Source: a virus
Lineage: Duplodnaviria; Caudoviricetes
Length of the DNA stretch: 64,000 nt
Virus record (IMG/VR): IMGVR_UViG_2645728093_000001
Coordinates: 1 to 64,000 of that record
Direction: 5' to 3' (one strand)
Both the position numbers and the translations under genes were made by a program. Shown here piece by piece: positions 1 to 9,021 of this stretch. Below the pieces are notes generated by a model. The model did not search any database. It was not told where the DNA came from and saw only the letters and a list, made by a program, of their open reading frames with translations. Each line of letters starts with the position of its first letter. Within the stretch, counting starts at the first letter, position 1.

Positions 1-49
1 CATCCCGACCTTGAATCACGACTCACGTTCCAAGAAAAGTGGGTACTAG
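1..49 (-). mobile_element. Probable end of an insertion sequence inserted at CTAG in the ATPase gene; continues beyond the window edge
   Basis: The ATPase frame ends 7 codons after a CTAG at 46-49. The sequence beyond is AT-richer (TAGTACCCACTTTTCTTGGAACGTGAGTCGTGATTCAAGGTCGGGATG on minus) and ends in an ATG at 3-1. Family not determinable. Confidence 0.5.
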
Positions 50-355
50 GATCGTTGATGCCAGCGTCACGGCATTGTTCGTCGTCGCAGCGCAATCACC
101 ATTCTCGCCGCCGGCGATGAGGTAGTCGAACTTCTCGCGCAGGGTATAGAACTCGTCCTCGGTGTCGATGACGATGTGCTGGACGCGACCATGGGTCGCC
201 TCGAGGAGTTTTCGGATGGCTCCGGACTTGCCGGCACCGCTATTCGCCTGGACGCAGAGATGCGATCCGATCAGTTTGTCGATGTCGAGGAGTGTGGCGC
301 AGCCGTCGGCATCCTGCCCAATCTCGACCATCTCGCTCAACCGCGTCTGCTTCAT
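23..355 (-). pseudogene. Truncated HerA/DUF853-like P-loop ATPase (N-terminal 110 aa only)
   Basis: Walker A (QANSGAGKS) and IVIDTEDEF motif. Start overlaps the previous stop (ATGA). Far shorter than usual for the family. Confidence 0.65.
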
Positions 356-927
356 GCCGGCACCCCCTTGAATTCGATGAGCTTGGTATCGCCGGCGAGG
401 CGCGCCGGATGTTTCGGGCTGCCGCCGGCGTTCAAGCCGAGGCAGTAGAGCCTGTGACCGTCGGCGCGCAGCGCGCTCTCTACGTCGACCGCGTGGTGCA
501 CGAGATCGCGATGCAGGTTGCCCCATGCGCAGACGATGCGCTGTGCTTCCTTGGCGGTGTTCCGGATGAGGGGCAGGTTGCCCTTGCTGCAGGGGACGAC
601 GCCTTCCTTCAGCAGATCCTCGGGATAGGTCGCGCGGTAATCGCAGCAGTTCATCAGGACCATGCCGTCGAAGTCCCATCCCATCGAGAAGTCGATGATG
701 CGATTGACGGTCGGGTCGTCGACATTGGCGTCCGCAATCGACGGGTTCATGCAGATCCAGAGCACGAAGTTGTTCGGCAGCTTGGTGTGCGGGTTGAACA
801 GGTTGATCCACTTCCGAGACAGGAACAGCCGGTATTCTCCGTTCGGGCCGGCGAACATGGCGTCGCCGGTGACGCCGTCGGCCAGGCGGAGGTGGGTCTT
901 GCCGCCGGGGTTGTGGGGCGCGTTCAT
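352..927 (-). CDS. DUF1643 family protein
   Basis: YRLFLSRKW...WICMNPSIADANVDDPT...CAWG...PKHP motifs. Confidence 0.8.
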   Translation of the reverse strand: MNAPHNPGGKTHLRLADGVTGDAMFAGPNGEYRLFLSRKWINLFNPHTKLPNNFVLWICMNPSIADANVDDPTVNRIIDFSMGWDFDGMVLMNCCDYRATYPEDLLKEGVVPCSKGNLPLIRNTAKEAQRIVCAWGNLHRDLVHHAVDVESALRADGHRLYCLGLNAGGSPKHPARLAGDTKLIEFKGVPA

Positions 928-1844
928 GTCGGGGCCTCGCTGAGATCAAACACCGGGCCCGGCATCGCCAGGAGCATCGCCTTCCGGGATGCTGCCTCGC
1001 GGACAAGCAAGTCGTACTCGTCGCTGCCCGGGATGATCCGTTCCGCGGCGAAGGCCTCGGCCTCGCCGAACCACCAGTTCTCGAGATCCTTGACCGTTGC
1101 CGCGGCACGGACGCCGTCGACCCACTTCTTGATGCGGGCGTCACGCTTGGCGGCGGCGCGCCGCTCGAGCTCGCGCCTGACGTTCCATTTCCAATCTTCG
1201 CTGAAGTCCCTGTCCAGCATCCAAGTCAGGAAGCCATCGTCAGCGGCCGACAGCGGCTTGCCGTCGAACTTGCCAAAATCGAACCTGGAGAAGATCGCCG
1301 GCTCGCTGCTCCAGCGTAACAGGGTCTCGACGGTCTGATACTCCAGCAGTTTGAGCAGGACCAACCCGCAGACGTAGGAGTCGGGCGCCGCGCGGTGTGG
1401 TGGAGACGCGCGCTCAGGATCGGCGGGCAGTTTCAAGGCGTAGCGAAGGGCCTGCAGCTTATGGCTCTCAAGCTCGGGCCACTGGCGAAGGCTGCACTTC
1501 CAGGTACAGATCCAATCGGCCCGGATGAGGGGATCGAGATATTGCCGCTCGTAGTGAGCCGCATGCGCGGCGAAGATGATCTTGCCGTCGTCGCCGGGCA
1601 CCTCGACCAGCATTCGCCAACGGTCAGCCCATGGCGGAGCATCCTTCACGTCCTCATCCGTGATGTGGTGGATGCCAGACGACTCCGGCGGGATCGGCCG
1701 CGCCGGCCGGACGAACGACTGTTTACTGACCGAGGACAGTCCCCAGATTTCGCTGATATTTCGGAGATCGGTGAAGCCGATCTCGATGACCTCGTCGGAG
1801 GCGTCAAGTCCGGTCGTCTCGAGATCGCAGGGGCGAATGATCAT
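924..1844 (-). CDS. DEDDh 3'-5' exonuclease (exodeoxyribonuclease X-like)
   Basis: DLETTG, IHHIT, AH-A-YE and HRAAPD motifs, plus C-terminal FGKFDGKPL. Confidence 0.8.
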   Translation of the reverse strand: MIIRPCDLETTGLDASDEVIEIGFTDLRNISEIWGLSSVSKQSFVRPARPIPPESSGIHHITDEDVKDAPPWADRWRMLVEVPGDDGKIIFAAHAAHYERQYLDPLIRADWICTWKCSLRQWPELESHKLQALRYALKLPADPERASPPHRAAPDSYVCGLVLLKLLEYQTVETLLRWSSEPAIFSRFDFGKFDGKPLSAADDGFLTWMLDRDFSEDWKWNVRRELERRAAAKRDARIKKWVDGVRAAATVKDLENWWFGEAEAFAAERIIPGSDEYDLLVREAASRKAMLLAMPGPVFDLSEAPT

Positions 1845-2284
1845 GGTCGGTAATACCCTTCTTGGCAGCCGCAGGTGTCGTGGACGAGCGCGCGGCCGCA
1901 GCTATCGCAAACCTCTCGCGACGGCTCGTCGAGCCTCACGAGATCTTTGGTGTAGGCCGTGACGAACTCGGTCTCGACCTCATCGGCGAACATGATCTTC
2001 GCATCCAAGATCATCAGAACCTTGTCGCGCTTCTTCGTCGACTGACCGACCACGGTGGCCGGAACGTCCTTGCGCGGCGGGGAAATTTCGGAGCCGAAAA
2101 AATCTCGCCAATCCCAGACGCCGACCTGCACCCGCGTCCCAGGCGGGAAGTGCTTCGTGAACGGAAGCTTGCACTTCAGGCGCACAGATGAGACCGGCTG
2201 CTTCTTCAGCGCCGTCAGGACGCCGGCTTTGATCTCGCAGCCGACGCGTTCGGAGCATCCAAGGCAGGGACGGAAGGACGTCAT
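1841..2284 (-). CDS. Hypothetical phage protein (Cys-rich ends)
   Basis: Translationally coupled ORF in the operon. Confidence 0.6.
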   Translation of the reverse strand: MTSFRPCLGCSERVGCEIKAGVLTALKKQPVSSVRLKCKLPFTKHFPPGTRVQVGVWDWRDFFGSEISPPRKDVPATVVGQSTKKRDKVLMILDAKIMFADEVETEFVTAYTKDLVRLDEPSREVCDSCGRALVHDTCGCQEGYYRP

Positions 2285-2679
2285 GACCGCGCCGGCTCCT
2301 GCATGAGCTCTTCCATGATGTAGACCATGGCGGCCAAGACGCTCCGAAACTTCAGCGTCTCGCGCGGGTGAGGTCGGTGCGGATCCCAGCGCTCGTCGAA
2401 GACGATGACCTTGCCTAGCTCGCCGCGGATTCGGAAAGCGCGCTCGCGGTCGCGGTCAGTCGCGCTCGTTGACCCCTCGGGATGAGCCGCCTGCCATGCC
2501 GAGGCCTTGCCGGGGCACATCTGCGCAAAGACGTCCCAGTGACCGTGATTGCGGTTGCCGACCGAGAAGCCGAGCGGAAAGAACGGCTGTGCGGCATCAA
2601 AGAAGTGCTTCTCGGCAGTCGCTTCGCGGGCACGCATCTCGGCAAAGTTGAATTTCTCGTCCAGAGTGAAATCGCTCAT
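2281..2679 (-). CDS. Hypothetical phage protein
   Basis: Starts MSDFTLDEKF; ATGA overlaps on both sides. Confidence 0.6.
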   Translation of the reverse strand: MSDFTLDEKFNFAEMRAREATAEKHFFDAAQPFFPLGFSVGNRNHGHWDVFAQMCPGKASAWQAAHPEGSTSATDRDRERAFRIRGELGKVIVFDERWDPHRPHPRETLKFRSVLAAMVYIMEELMQEPARS

Positions 2680-3440
2680 GCTGCGCTCCATTGTCCGCGG
2701 CTGACCCTGACGCCGGCGCCTTCCTGGAGCACCTGCCGGATCTTGGCCTGGTAGTTGGGGTTGCCGGCCGTCTTGGGATGGCCGGCGAAGGCCCGGTAGA
2801 TATCGGCGAGCGCGACGGGGCCGCGCTGGCGCCGCAGCCAAGCGGCGATCGCCTCGCGCCAGGTCGGCGTCAGAGCGAGGGCCACGACGCTCCGCGGCAG
2901 CCGAAGCGGCACGAACTGGCCGCGCTCCGGGCCGATGCCGGCAAGGATCTCTGCGGCCCGGTCGCCATAGGCGCACAGAACCGAGGGCGCGCCGGAGTTC
3001 GCCGGCTTGCCGTCGTCGCGCTGAACCGGAGTCCCGTCGGGCTTGAGGAAGTCGAGACGGCCGCGCCAGAACAGCAGGGCCGTGGCGCGGTCCCAGACGC
3101 GGCGGAAGAAGGTCGCCGTCTCAGTGCGGGCAAATATCAACGCGATGCCGCGGCCATGCTCGGCCATCCTGGCCATGAACCGGCTCAGCAGCGCCCGGGA
3201 ATAGGGCGGGTTGCACCAGACCTCCCCGAACCATGGCAGCAGCAGCCCGTTCTCCTGGGCGGTGTAGTGCTGGCGAGCCGTCCGCCATGGCTGGCTGATC
3301 GCCGCGCATGGATCGAGATCGAAGGCCTGCCAGCCTCCCAGGAGTTCGAGCAGCCAAGGCGGCGTCAGCCAGACGTCGGTCCGGCTGCGGCGCGGCGTCT
3401 GGTGGCCGCCGATGCGGGCGAAGAGCGGGGCCGTGTTCAC
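2676..3440 (-). CDS. Phage DNA N6-adenine methyltransferase (Dam-phage type)
   Basis: WLTPP, FDLDPCA, VWCNPPY and ARTET motifs; GTG start coupled to the upstream stop. Confidence 0.85.
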   Translation of the reverse strand: MNTAPLFARIGGHQTPRRSRTDVWLTPPWLLELLGGWQAFDLDPCAAISQPWRTARQHYTAQENGLLLPWFGEVWCNPPYSRALLSRFMARMAEHGRGIALIFARTETATFFRRVWDRATALLFWRGRLDFLKPDGTPVQRDDGKPANSGAPSVLCAYGDRAAEILAGIGPERGQFVPLRLPRSVVALALTPTWREAIAAWLRRQRGPVALADIYRAFAGHPKTAGNPNYQAKIRQVLQEGAGVRVSRGQWSAA

Positions 3441-3634
3441 GTGGTTTGCCTCGCCTGCTTTGCCCGTTTCTTCGCCCGTTTCACGATTTCCTTCCTCTTG
3501 TCCTTGAATTTCTTGTTCCACTCCGTCTGGGCTCCGGATATCCGGCGCGCCGCCGCATCCGATAGGCTGATGAAGTCAGACTCCGCCGGCGTGAGATGCG
3601 CGCGCCAATCGACTTTGAGGTCGGTCTGGTTCAT
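3437..3634 (-). CDS. Small basic hypothetical protein
   Basis: Coupled ORF starting MNQTDLKVDW. Confidence 0.55.
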   Translation of the reverse strand: MNQTDLKVDWRAHLTPAESDFISLSDAAARRISGAQTEWNKKFKDKRKEIVKRAKKRAKQARQTT

Positions 3635-3740
3635 GGCGCCATCCTCAACTGCCAAACGGCACCGTCGACCACGTAGACGATGCGATCGCCCCAACGAGCC
3701 AGCTTCATTGCCGTGCTGACGCCGGTGTCGCGGACTTTGT

Positions 3741-4178
3741 TCACGTTGCCGTTGGTCGGCACGAATAATCGAAGTCGTAGTCGTCGTCGTCCGGGGGATC
3801 GTCGAGAGTGTCCTCGTGCTCCGCCATCTCGGCGGCGAGTTCTTCGTTCTCGCGTTTCACGCAGGCGCCACAGACACGATAGATCCGGCCCGACATGCCT
3901 TCTTCGAAGTCGCGGCGGTCGCGCAGATCGTCGGCGGGGTTCTTGCACCACTCGCAGGTGCCCTTGCGATGCTCGGCGGCCTCGGGCGAGTTTTTCCACG
4001 CGATGTGTTGATCCAGGCATTCCTGGCACATGTCGTTCATCTCGCTGCCCATGGAGTCCGTTTCTCCCTGGATGCGGGCGATAGCAGGCCGATCGCCGTG
4101 CTGATCGCACATCTGGCCCTTCGGGACAGAGTGTCTGGCACCAGGCAGGGTCGAGATCGGGCCGGTAACGTCAGCCAT
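3741..4178 (-). CDS. Cys-rich hypothetical phage protein
   Basis: Starts MADVTGPIST; several CxxC/CxxH motifs; GGAGG ribosome site. Confidence 0.65.
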   Translation of the reverse strand: MADVTGPISTLPGARHSVPKGQMCDQHGDRPAIARIQGETDSMGSEMNDMCQECLDQHIAWKNSPEAAEHRKGTCEWCKNPADDLRDRRDFEEGMSGRIYRVCGACVKRENEELAAEMAEHEDTLDDPPDDDDYDFDYSCRPTAT

Positions 4179-4509
4179 TGGCGCCTCCACGGATGGCCGC
4201 GATGGTGTCCTTCGCCGCGCCGGCAACAGCGCGTGCGAGGCGATCGGTTTCAGCCTTGCCGACGAGATTGAGGACATCGACCAGCGCGTCGTGGGCCTCT
4301 TTCGCCAACTCCGTGACCACCGACGCTTGCCGGCCGGCCCTCAGGATCTCGGAGAGATAGCCGTTGGAGTCGTTCGCCCGGAGCAATCGCGCCACTTCCT
4401 CCGCGTTGCGCGAAGCGATCCGAGCGGCCGCCTCGAAATCCGTCATCTTCAAATGAGCGGCCATCACGGCGGCCAAAACCTGCTGCTCCTGCGCCTTCAA
4501 CATGCTCAT
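4171..4509 (-). CDS. Hypothetical protein
   Basis: Coupled helical ORF. Confidence 0.55.
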   Translation of the reverse strand: MSMLKAQEQQVLAAVMAAHLKMTDFEAAARIASRNAEEVARLLRANDSNGYLSEILRAGRQASVVTELAKEAHDALVDVLNLVGKAETDRLARAVAGAAKDTIAAIRGGANG

Positions 4510-4991
4510 GCTGCCTGCTCCCGCTGTTGCTTCCGAGCCTGGTGCCAGGTCTGCACCATCGGATAGGTCACGCCGCGCAGCGCCTCGGTGGCCTGCCGGC
4601 ATTGCTCCACGGTGAACATCCCGGTGTGGCAGTCCTTCCGGTCGAGGCCCATCTTCTCGGCCAAATAGTCGTAGAGCCGGCTTCGCGCCGCCTTGCGTAT
4701 CTTGCTGGCGGATCTACCGTCGTCGGGATTGGCGTAGCCGCCGGTCTTGTCGGCGGTCTTCCATATCGGGTCGAACACGTGGTCATGGAATTGCGAGCGC
4801 GCGCGCCGGGTCGCGGCGTTGGCCGGCACACCCAAGCTCTTCGTCGTGTTCGGATGGCAACCGCAGTAGGACTCGCAGCGGTCGCATTTGTAGATCGGCT
4901 TCGTTCGGAGATCCGGGCGGCGGGGATAGATCTCGGCGCCGGAGGTGAGCCGGGCCGGGACGCCGCAGCAAAGGGGAGGAGCGTCGGTCAT
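4506..4991 (-). CDS. DUF3268-like zinc-finger protein
   Basis: CCG..A.LTSGAEIYP.RPDL, C..C.SYCGCH, LG..AN...R..R...H..FDP.W, CHTGMF. Confidence 0.75.
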   Translation of the reverse strand: MTDAPPLCCGVPARLTSGAEIYPRRPDLRTKPIYKCDRCESYCGCHPNTTKSLGVPANAATRRARSQFHDHVFDPIWKTADKTGGYANPDDGRSASKIRKAARSRLYDYLAEKMGLDRKDCHTGMFTVEQCRQATEALRGVTYPMVQTWHQARKQQREQAA

Positions 4992-5767
4992 GCTGCCAGC
5001 GCCTCCGGAGCGTCGATGTTGGCGTGGACGATGCTAAATCCCAGAGCGACGACTTCGGGGTTTGCATCCCAGGACTCCGTGCCGTGGAGATGCTTCCAGA
5101 GTTCGCCGAACGCCCAGGCGCCAAGGCCGCATTCGTTTGGCTGTAGCGGGTTATGAAAGATGCGGCCGTCTGGATCGCGCTCACCGAAAGGCTCCAAACC
5201 CTCGGCAAAGCAGTCGTCGTCGCTGATGGATTGCAAGCGTTCGATCTTCGTCGAGTTAACGAGGAGCGTGATGCGAGACCCCCAGCGCGGTAGGTGCATG
5301 GAGGCGCGTCTGCGCCCAGACCAGAATGGAAAGGTATTGGGCTTGCACGACGGGTAATTCGGATCTGGCGTCCAGCCTCCAGTGGCGTTTCCCATCGATC
5401 CGCCGGCGGTGAACATGATGGTGCACTTGCGTTCCGGCAGATCCTTAGGGCTTTTGGCGTCATGGGTCTTGCCGACCCTCCATTCCTCGCGCACCCAAAG
5501 GCGATCGCCTGCTTTCACTTTCTGCCACGGCGATGGCGGCCATGCGATGCGGTGGTCCACATCGTAGCGATCGCTCACATTCCAGCCGCGGCGCTGAAGT
5601 TTCGACGCCAGAGCGTCTCCGCCATCAGGAGGGTCGTGAAAGATGACTGGGCCCTTCCACGCTAGCCTACGTGTCATCAGCTTGCGACCGGCGAGCAAGG
5701 CCAGGATCATAGGAGTAGAGAACATGATCGGAATATCGGTCACCGCGGCCACCTCGATATTTGCCAC
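4988..5767 (-). CDS. ASCH/PUA-like phage protein
   Basis: PIMFS.PMI.A.L.GRK..TRR, GDRLWVRE, SMHLPRW.SRITL, WDANP.V motifs. Confidence 0.7.
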   Translation of the reverse strand: MANIEVAAVTDIPIMFSTPMILALLAGRKLMTRRLAWKGPVIFHDPPDGGDALASKLQRRGWNVSDRYDVDHRIAWPPSPWQKVKAGDRLWVREEWRVGKTHDAKSPKDLPERKCTIMFTAGGSMGNATGGWTPDPNYPSCKPNTFPFWSGRRRASMHLPRWGSRITLLVNSTKIERLQSISDDDCFAEGLEPFGERDPDGRIFHNPLQPNECGLGAWAFGELWKHLHGTESWDANPEVVALGFSIVHANIDAPEALAA

Positions 5768-5855
5768 GGCGCCGGCGGCTGGTTGCCGCTGGTCCGCGCG
5801 GCCTGGAACGCGGCCTCGTAGACCAAGAAGGTGATGATGAGGGCGGCCAGGAATC

Positions 5856-6215
5856 TCATTGGCGAGACTCCGTCGGCGGCTCGTCTTCGATCTTGTCTAG
5901 CTTCGGCCCTTCGACTGCCTGCTTCTCTATGAAGGCCTTCAGCACTGCGATCATGTCAGGTCGCGCAGCCGTCGAGATGTAATTGAAGCGCGGCAGCCGG
6001 TCGCTGCCGTCCGAGGGCAACCGCTCGGCAACGAAAAGCGTCACGTCGAAATTGGAACCGAGACGCTCCCTAAGCACCTCCACCGCGGCTTGCATCGTGC
6101 CGGCCAGCGTGGCTTGAATCGGCCCGTGGCGCTCGGGGAAGATCTCGCCAGGCTTCGCATCCCTGGCCGACTTCCGTTCTGCGCTCTTCTGCGCTCTGCG
6201 TTCGCGGCGGCTCAT
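5856..6215 (-). CDS. Hypothetical protein
   Basis: Coupled ORF starting MSRRERRAQK. Confidence 0.6.
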   Translation of the reverse strand: MSRRERRAQKSAERKSARDAKPGEIFPERHGPIQATLAGTMQAAVEVLRERLGSNFDVTLFVAERLPSDGSDRLPRFNYISTAARPDMIAVLKAFIEKQAVEGPKLDKIEDEPPTESRQ

Positions 6216-6859
6216 GTACTCGCTCCAAACACCGCCTCGCAGACGGCGCGGCACTTCCCGATGTCGAACCGGTCATTGGTCCGGACTCCGCTCTCCATGT
6301 CGATCCAGTAGCGGCCGGTCGTCTGCTCGAGCACCGACATGACGCCGTGGATGTTCTCGGGCGAGATGCCGCCGGCATAGCCGACGAGCCTGTCGCCGCC
6401 GGGGTGCGCCGGCCAGGCCGTCGGGGTCTCGCCGCGGCCGCCGGAGCGATCGAAGAGCCAGTCGACCGAGGTGTCGGCCGGGAATTGGTTGGCGCGGGTC
6501 TGCGCAATGCCGCGCGCCTTTCCCCAACCGTTGCGGAAGTGAATTATGCGGTCCGGCTTCGGCTCAGCATGGTTGACCTGGATGCGCCTGAAATAGAAGA
6601 AATCGACCGGCGGCTTTTCGAGATCGCGTCCCTCCATGATCGCGTCGCTATAAGCGCCGCAAAGATGCGCGGAGAGCCGCAGGTTGCTCCACATGAAGCG
6701 GGACAGCGCGTCTCCGTCGGGATAGCGCGGATCGCTGCCTTGGCGCTTCGGGCTGAACAGAATCCCCCATTCGATCGGGTACTTCAGCGACAGCGCGTGG
6801 ATGTCGTAGAGCTCGGTCCAGTTGTCGATCCCGGTGAAAGTTATGAACTCGGGCTTCAT
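6212..6859 (-). CDS. TrpF/phosphoribosylanthranilate isomerase-like TIM-barrel phage protein
   Basis: LFDRSGGRG, GYAGGISPEN and IDMESGVR resemble TrpF C-terminal phosphate-binding motifs. Confidence 0.65.
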   Translation of the reverse strand: MKPEFITFTGIDNWTELYDIHALSLKYPIEWGILFSPKRQGSDPRYPDGDALSRFMWSNLRLSAHLCGAYSDAIMEGRDLEKPPVDFFYFRRIQVNHAEPKPDRIIHFRNGWGKARGIAQTRANQFPADTSVDWLFDRSGGRGETPTAWPAHPGGDRLVGYAGGISPENIHGVMSVLEQTTGRYWIDMESGVRTNDRFDIGKCRAVCEAVFGAST

Positions 6860-7689
6860 GCGAGCGTTCCCCTATGCTGCGGTATGCGCAGCGGGTTGTG
6901 ATAGCCAGGCGGGAGAAATTGCTGGAGGTCGAGCTTGACGTAGTGCTGCTTGCGCAGCGCGCGGCAGGTCGCCGTCACCCGCTCAACGTAGTCACGCCAG
7001 TCGATCGCATCGGAGACCTTTTTGACGTAGTTGGCCTTGCCGATCTTGTAGAGATCGACGAACTCGTGGGTCTCCTTGACGATGTCGATCGAGGCTTGCG
7101 CATCGAGTGTCGGCTCGAGGGACACCCAGGTGAAGATGCCAGCCTCGTAGAACCGGCGCAGTGTCTCGATCCGCTCCCATGGCATCGCGGCATCAGGCTC
7201 CCACATTCGGGAGAAGGCGCCGTCCAGGCCCGTCAGCGAGGCGGCATATGCATCTCGGCTTGGCCGGTAGAGCCCCATGAACGGCAGCGCGCGGGCGCCA
7301 CCCTTGGACAGCGTGCAGAACGCCATGCCTCCGTTCTTGAGCGTGATGATCGTCTCCTCGGTGTGTCCGAGGTCGCCAGGATGGAAAGGATCGCTTGAGA
7401 ACGTGATAAAGACTTGGTCGGCCGGGTGGCCGTCGCAGACGCCGGCGCGTCGGTACCGGCCAATGTCGGTGCGCAGCCTAGGCAGGAAGTCCGCGCGCGG
7501 TACCGCGCCATCATTGAAGAGATTGCGGTCGATGTGGGTGGCGTTCGGGACGTAGCAGTATTTGCAGCCGTGACCGCAGCCCCGGTAGGGGTTGGTCGCC
7601 AGCGGCGCGTACTCGCCGGCGTTGCCCTTCGGCCGATAGATGACGTCGGCGCCAGGCACGATCGGTTGGTCTGGGAAATATCCGCTCAC
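6856..7689 (-). CDS. Radical SAM protein (SPL-like family)
   Basis: NPYRGCGHGCKYCY (CxxxCxxC), SDPF, and WEP.A....RIETL...WVSLEP. Confidence 0.85.
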   Translation of the reverse strand: MSGYFPDQPIVPGADVIYRPKGNAGEYAPLATNPYRGCGHGCKYCYVPNATHIDRNLFNDGAVPRADFLPRLRTDIGRYRRAGVCDGHPADQVFITFSSDPFHPGDLGHTEETIITLKNGGMAFCTLSKGGARALPFMGLYRPSRDAYAASLTGLDGAFSRMWEPDAAMPWERIETLRRFYEAGIFTWVSLEPTLDAQASIDIVKETHEFVDLYKIGKANYVKKVSDAIDWRDYVERVTATCRALRKQHYVKLDLQQFLPPGYHNPLRIPQHRGTLA

Positions 7690-7691
7690 GC

Positions 7692-7877
7692 CTATGCTCC
7701 GTGCTTCGGGCAGCCGTGGGTGTAGTCCCGGCCGCCGCTCACCGGCTTTGCAGTCCAACCGGCCTTCTTGCGGCGATCGGTGAAGTCATCGAAAGACTCG
7801 CCCTGATTGCTCTCAATCGTGTCGTCGCAGGTGTCGCATTCGATGAATGCAAGACCGCGCCTCCATTTCAGTGCCAT
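7692..7877 (-). CDS. Small Zn-ribbon-like protein
   Basis: IECDTC...GW...HGCPKH. Confidence 0.55.
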   Translation of the reverse strand: MALKWRRGLAFIECDTCDDTIESNQGESFDDFTDRRKKAGWTAKPVSGGRDYTHGCPKHGA

Positions 7878-8542
7878 GGGCGAACCTCGCAGCTCGCGCC
7901 GTCGTATATCTCGGCCAGGAGGTCGAGCAGCGCCGGGCGCAGCTTCTTGAAGGCGTGGTGAGCCGTGGTGTGATCGCGGCCACCAAACGCTCGGCCGACC
8001 TGTCCCAGGCTTGCGTCGGTCAGGGTGCGCGCCATGCACATTGCAAACTGGCGGCCCTGCTGGAGCGCCTTCTGGCGGCCGGCCGATATCAGCACGTTGG
8101 AGTCGATCTTGAAGGCGATCGCCGCGGCATGGCGGATCATGGTCAGCCGAGGACCGCCCGGGTTCGCTTTCACCGCGGCGAGGTAGGCGATGACGGTCCG
8201 TCGGCGGGCGTATTGGAGCGCGTCATCTGCGAGAGCGCGGCCTTTGAACTCGACACAGCCATGACGTCGCGGGACGATGTCGCGCACGGTATGGCTGTCG
8301 ACCGTCAGCAAGTGTGTCGGGCGCACCTGCAGCGCGGCCGATGTGCGCGGCGAGACCGTGGGCGCCAATCGGTCGATCACATCAAGCGGCACCCACGCCT
8401 CTGCAAGGATGAGCTCCCGCCTGGCCGGCGGCAGCGCCGGCACCGTCTCCGGCGCGCCCAGACGGGCTCGAACCGCCCGGTAGTGCGTCGACAACTCCTG
8501 TGCGAACGATCGCTCGCGAACCGGTACAAGCGCTGTGCTCAT
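7868..8542 (-). CDS. Protein with DnaA C-terminal (domain IV) HTH
   Basis: RQFAMCMARTLTDASLGQVGRAFGGRDHTTAHHA matches the DnaA-C signature. Confidence 0.8.
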   Translation of the reverse strand: MSTALVPVRERSFAQELSTHYRAVRARLGAPETVPALPPARRELILAEAWVPLDVIDRLAPTVSPRTSAALQVRPTHLLTVDSHTVRDIVPRRHGCVEFKGRALADDALQYARRRTVIAYLAAVKANPGGPRLTMIRHAAAIAFKIDSNVLISAGRQKALQQGRQFAMCMARTLTDASLGQVGRAFGGRDHTTAHHAFKKLRPALLDLLAEIYDGASCEVRPWH

Positions 8543-9021
8543 GCCTGCCTCCGTGATTCAAATTTGCGGCCGGAAGGAAACGACGACCGGCTGCGGATCT
8601 TCTGCTTCGGTTTGGTCGGCTTCGGCCGAGGGCGGCCGGTCGCCTTCGCCTCCATGACGGCCTGGTGCTCGTCGTGGCTGCGGCGGATGTTGCGGGTGCG
8701 GGAGCGCTCTCCGGTGTCGGATCCCCGCGTCGTGATGCGCGTCGTCCCGCCAGGACCGTTCGTCAGCTTGTCGTGTTGCTCCACGGTAATGGCCTGGATG
8801 TGGGTCGGGTCGTTCGCCGCCGGGACGGTGTCCCATTTCGCAGTATCGAACTTGCGCGCCTCGAGCGGAGGCCGGTGGTCGAAATGGGTGTTATCAACCG
8901 TGCCGAGACGCTCTTTGTCGATCTTGCTACGGCCATGCTGATTGATCAGCACCTGTAGCTTGACCTTGCAGGGGATCGGCGGCCGCTTCCAATCCGGGGG
9001 GGCGCGATCGAGGATGGCCAT
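8539..9021 (-). CDS. HNH-like phage protein
   Basis: HFDHRPPL...NDP..I.AI...HDKLT. Confidence 0.55.
   Translation of the reverse strand: MAILDRAPPDWKRPPIPCKVKLQVLINQHGRSKIDKERLGTVDNTHFDHRPPLEARKFDTAKWDTVPAANDPTHIQAITVEQHDKLTNGPGGTTRITTRGSDTGERSRTRNIRRSHDEHQAVMEAKATGRPRPKPTKPKQKIRSRSSFPSGRKFESRRQA

Noticed and set aside
6212-6859. Bona fide trpF gene
   Set aside because: The N-terminal KICG motif is absent and there is no trp operon context; only fold-level resemblance is supported.
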